A stretch of DNA of 64,000 bases from Amoebidium appalachense (lineage: Eukaryota; Protista; Ichthyosporea), in NCBI GenBank assembly GCA_963693365.1, contig CAVNZM010000005.1, positions 434,001 through 498,000 of the forward strand, in the 5' to 3' direction. The translations under genes and the position numbers were made by a program. The notes beneath the pieces were generated by a model. It had not been told where the DNA came from. It searched no databases and saw nothing but the letters and a program-made list of their open reading frames with translations. Below, piece after piece: positions 63,700-64,000 of this stretch. The first letter of the stretch is position 1. Each line of letters begins with the position of its first letter.

Positions 63700-63916
63700 C
63701 AAGGGAGACAGCGTGGAGGAGGCTCACGCTGCACGGATGGTACAGGGGAGGGGCTGATGTGCATTGCATGGAACGACAAGGAGTAATTCTCACACAGAGG
63801 AGAGGTGTGTGGGTCCTGGGTCGGCATGGATAGATGTAGTGTGTTGCGTGTGGACAAGTGCATACAGGCATACACGGCACTACTCCATGCAATATGCTCC
63901 ACACAAGGATGCATGC
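63700..63916 (+). pseudogene. Degenerate duplicate of GGCT-like exon 4 with flanking intron sequence
   Basis: 63746-63804 matches 59559-59617 (GEGLMCIAWNDKE*FSHRGE), with TAC changed to TAA at 63784. The flanks gctcacgctg...gatggtacag and ctccatgcaat(a)tgctccacacaaggatgcatg are also shared. Confidence 0.85.
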
Positions 63917-64000
63917 ATGGGGCCGTGGACGGTGAGGGCCCGGGGGAGGGGTGGGGGAGTAGGAAGCGGGGGAGACGGAGGGGGCCGGGGGGACGAAGGA

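Overview
Intron-rich eukaryotic DNA (probably a protist or alga; the organism cannot be named from sequence alone). The introns are packed with (CA/TG)n, poly-G/C and minisatellites, so nearly all long ORFs in the supplied track are repeat artefacts. I spliced four genes by hand. (1) A CHD3/Mi-2/PICKLE-type chromatin remodeller (2 PHD, 2 chromo, SNF2 ATPase) on the minus strand, running off the window start. (2) An unnamed single-pass membrane protein ending in a UBZ4-type zinc finger (minus). (3) A complete ~31.6-kb VWA8/KIAA0564-family AAA+/VWA gene with a mitochondrial-type presequence (minus). (4) A 7-exon GGCT-like protein of a family known from plants and algae (plus), divergent from VWA8 across a ~1-kb shared promoter. 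There are also three MITE-like elements with terminal inverted repeats and a structured 452-bp retro-like repeat family that always sits in G/C runs. The most interesting signals are: splice sites built on microsatellites ((CA)n directly against the 3' AG with no polypyrimidine tract, (GT)n growing out of donors), several non-canonical splice junctions, a VWA8 that has lost a hallmark conserved motif, the membrane protein with UBZ and candidate LIR/PY motifs, and the 452-bp element found in poly-C runs. No rRNA, tRNA, CRISPR or prokaryotic system was seen.
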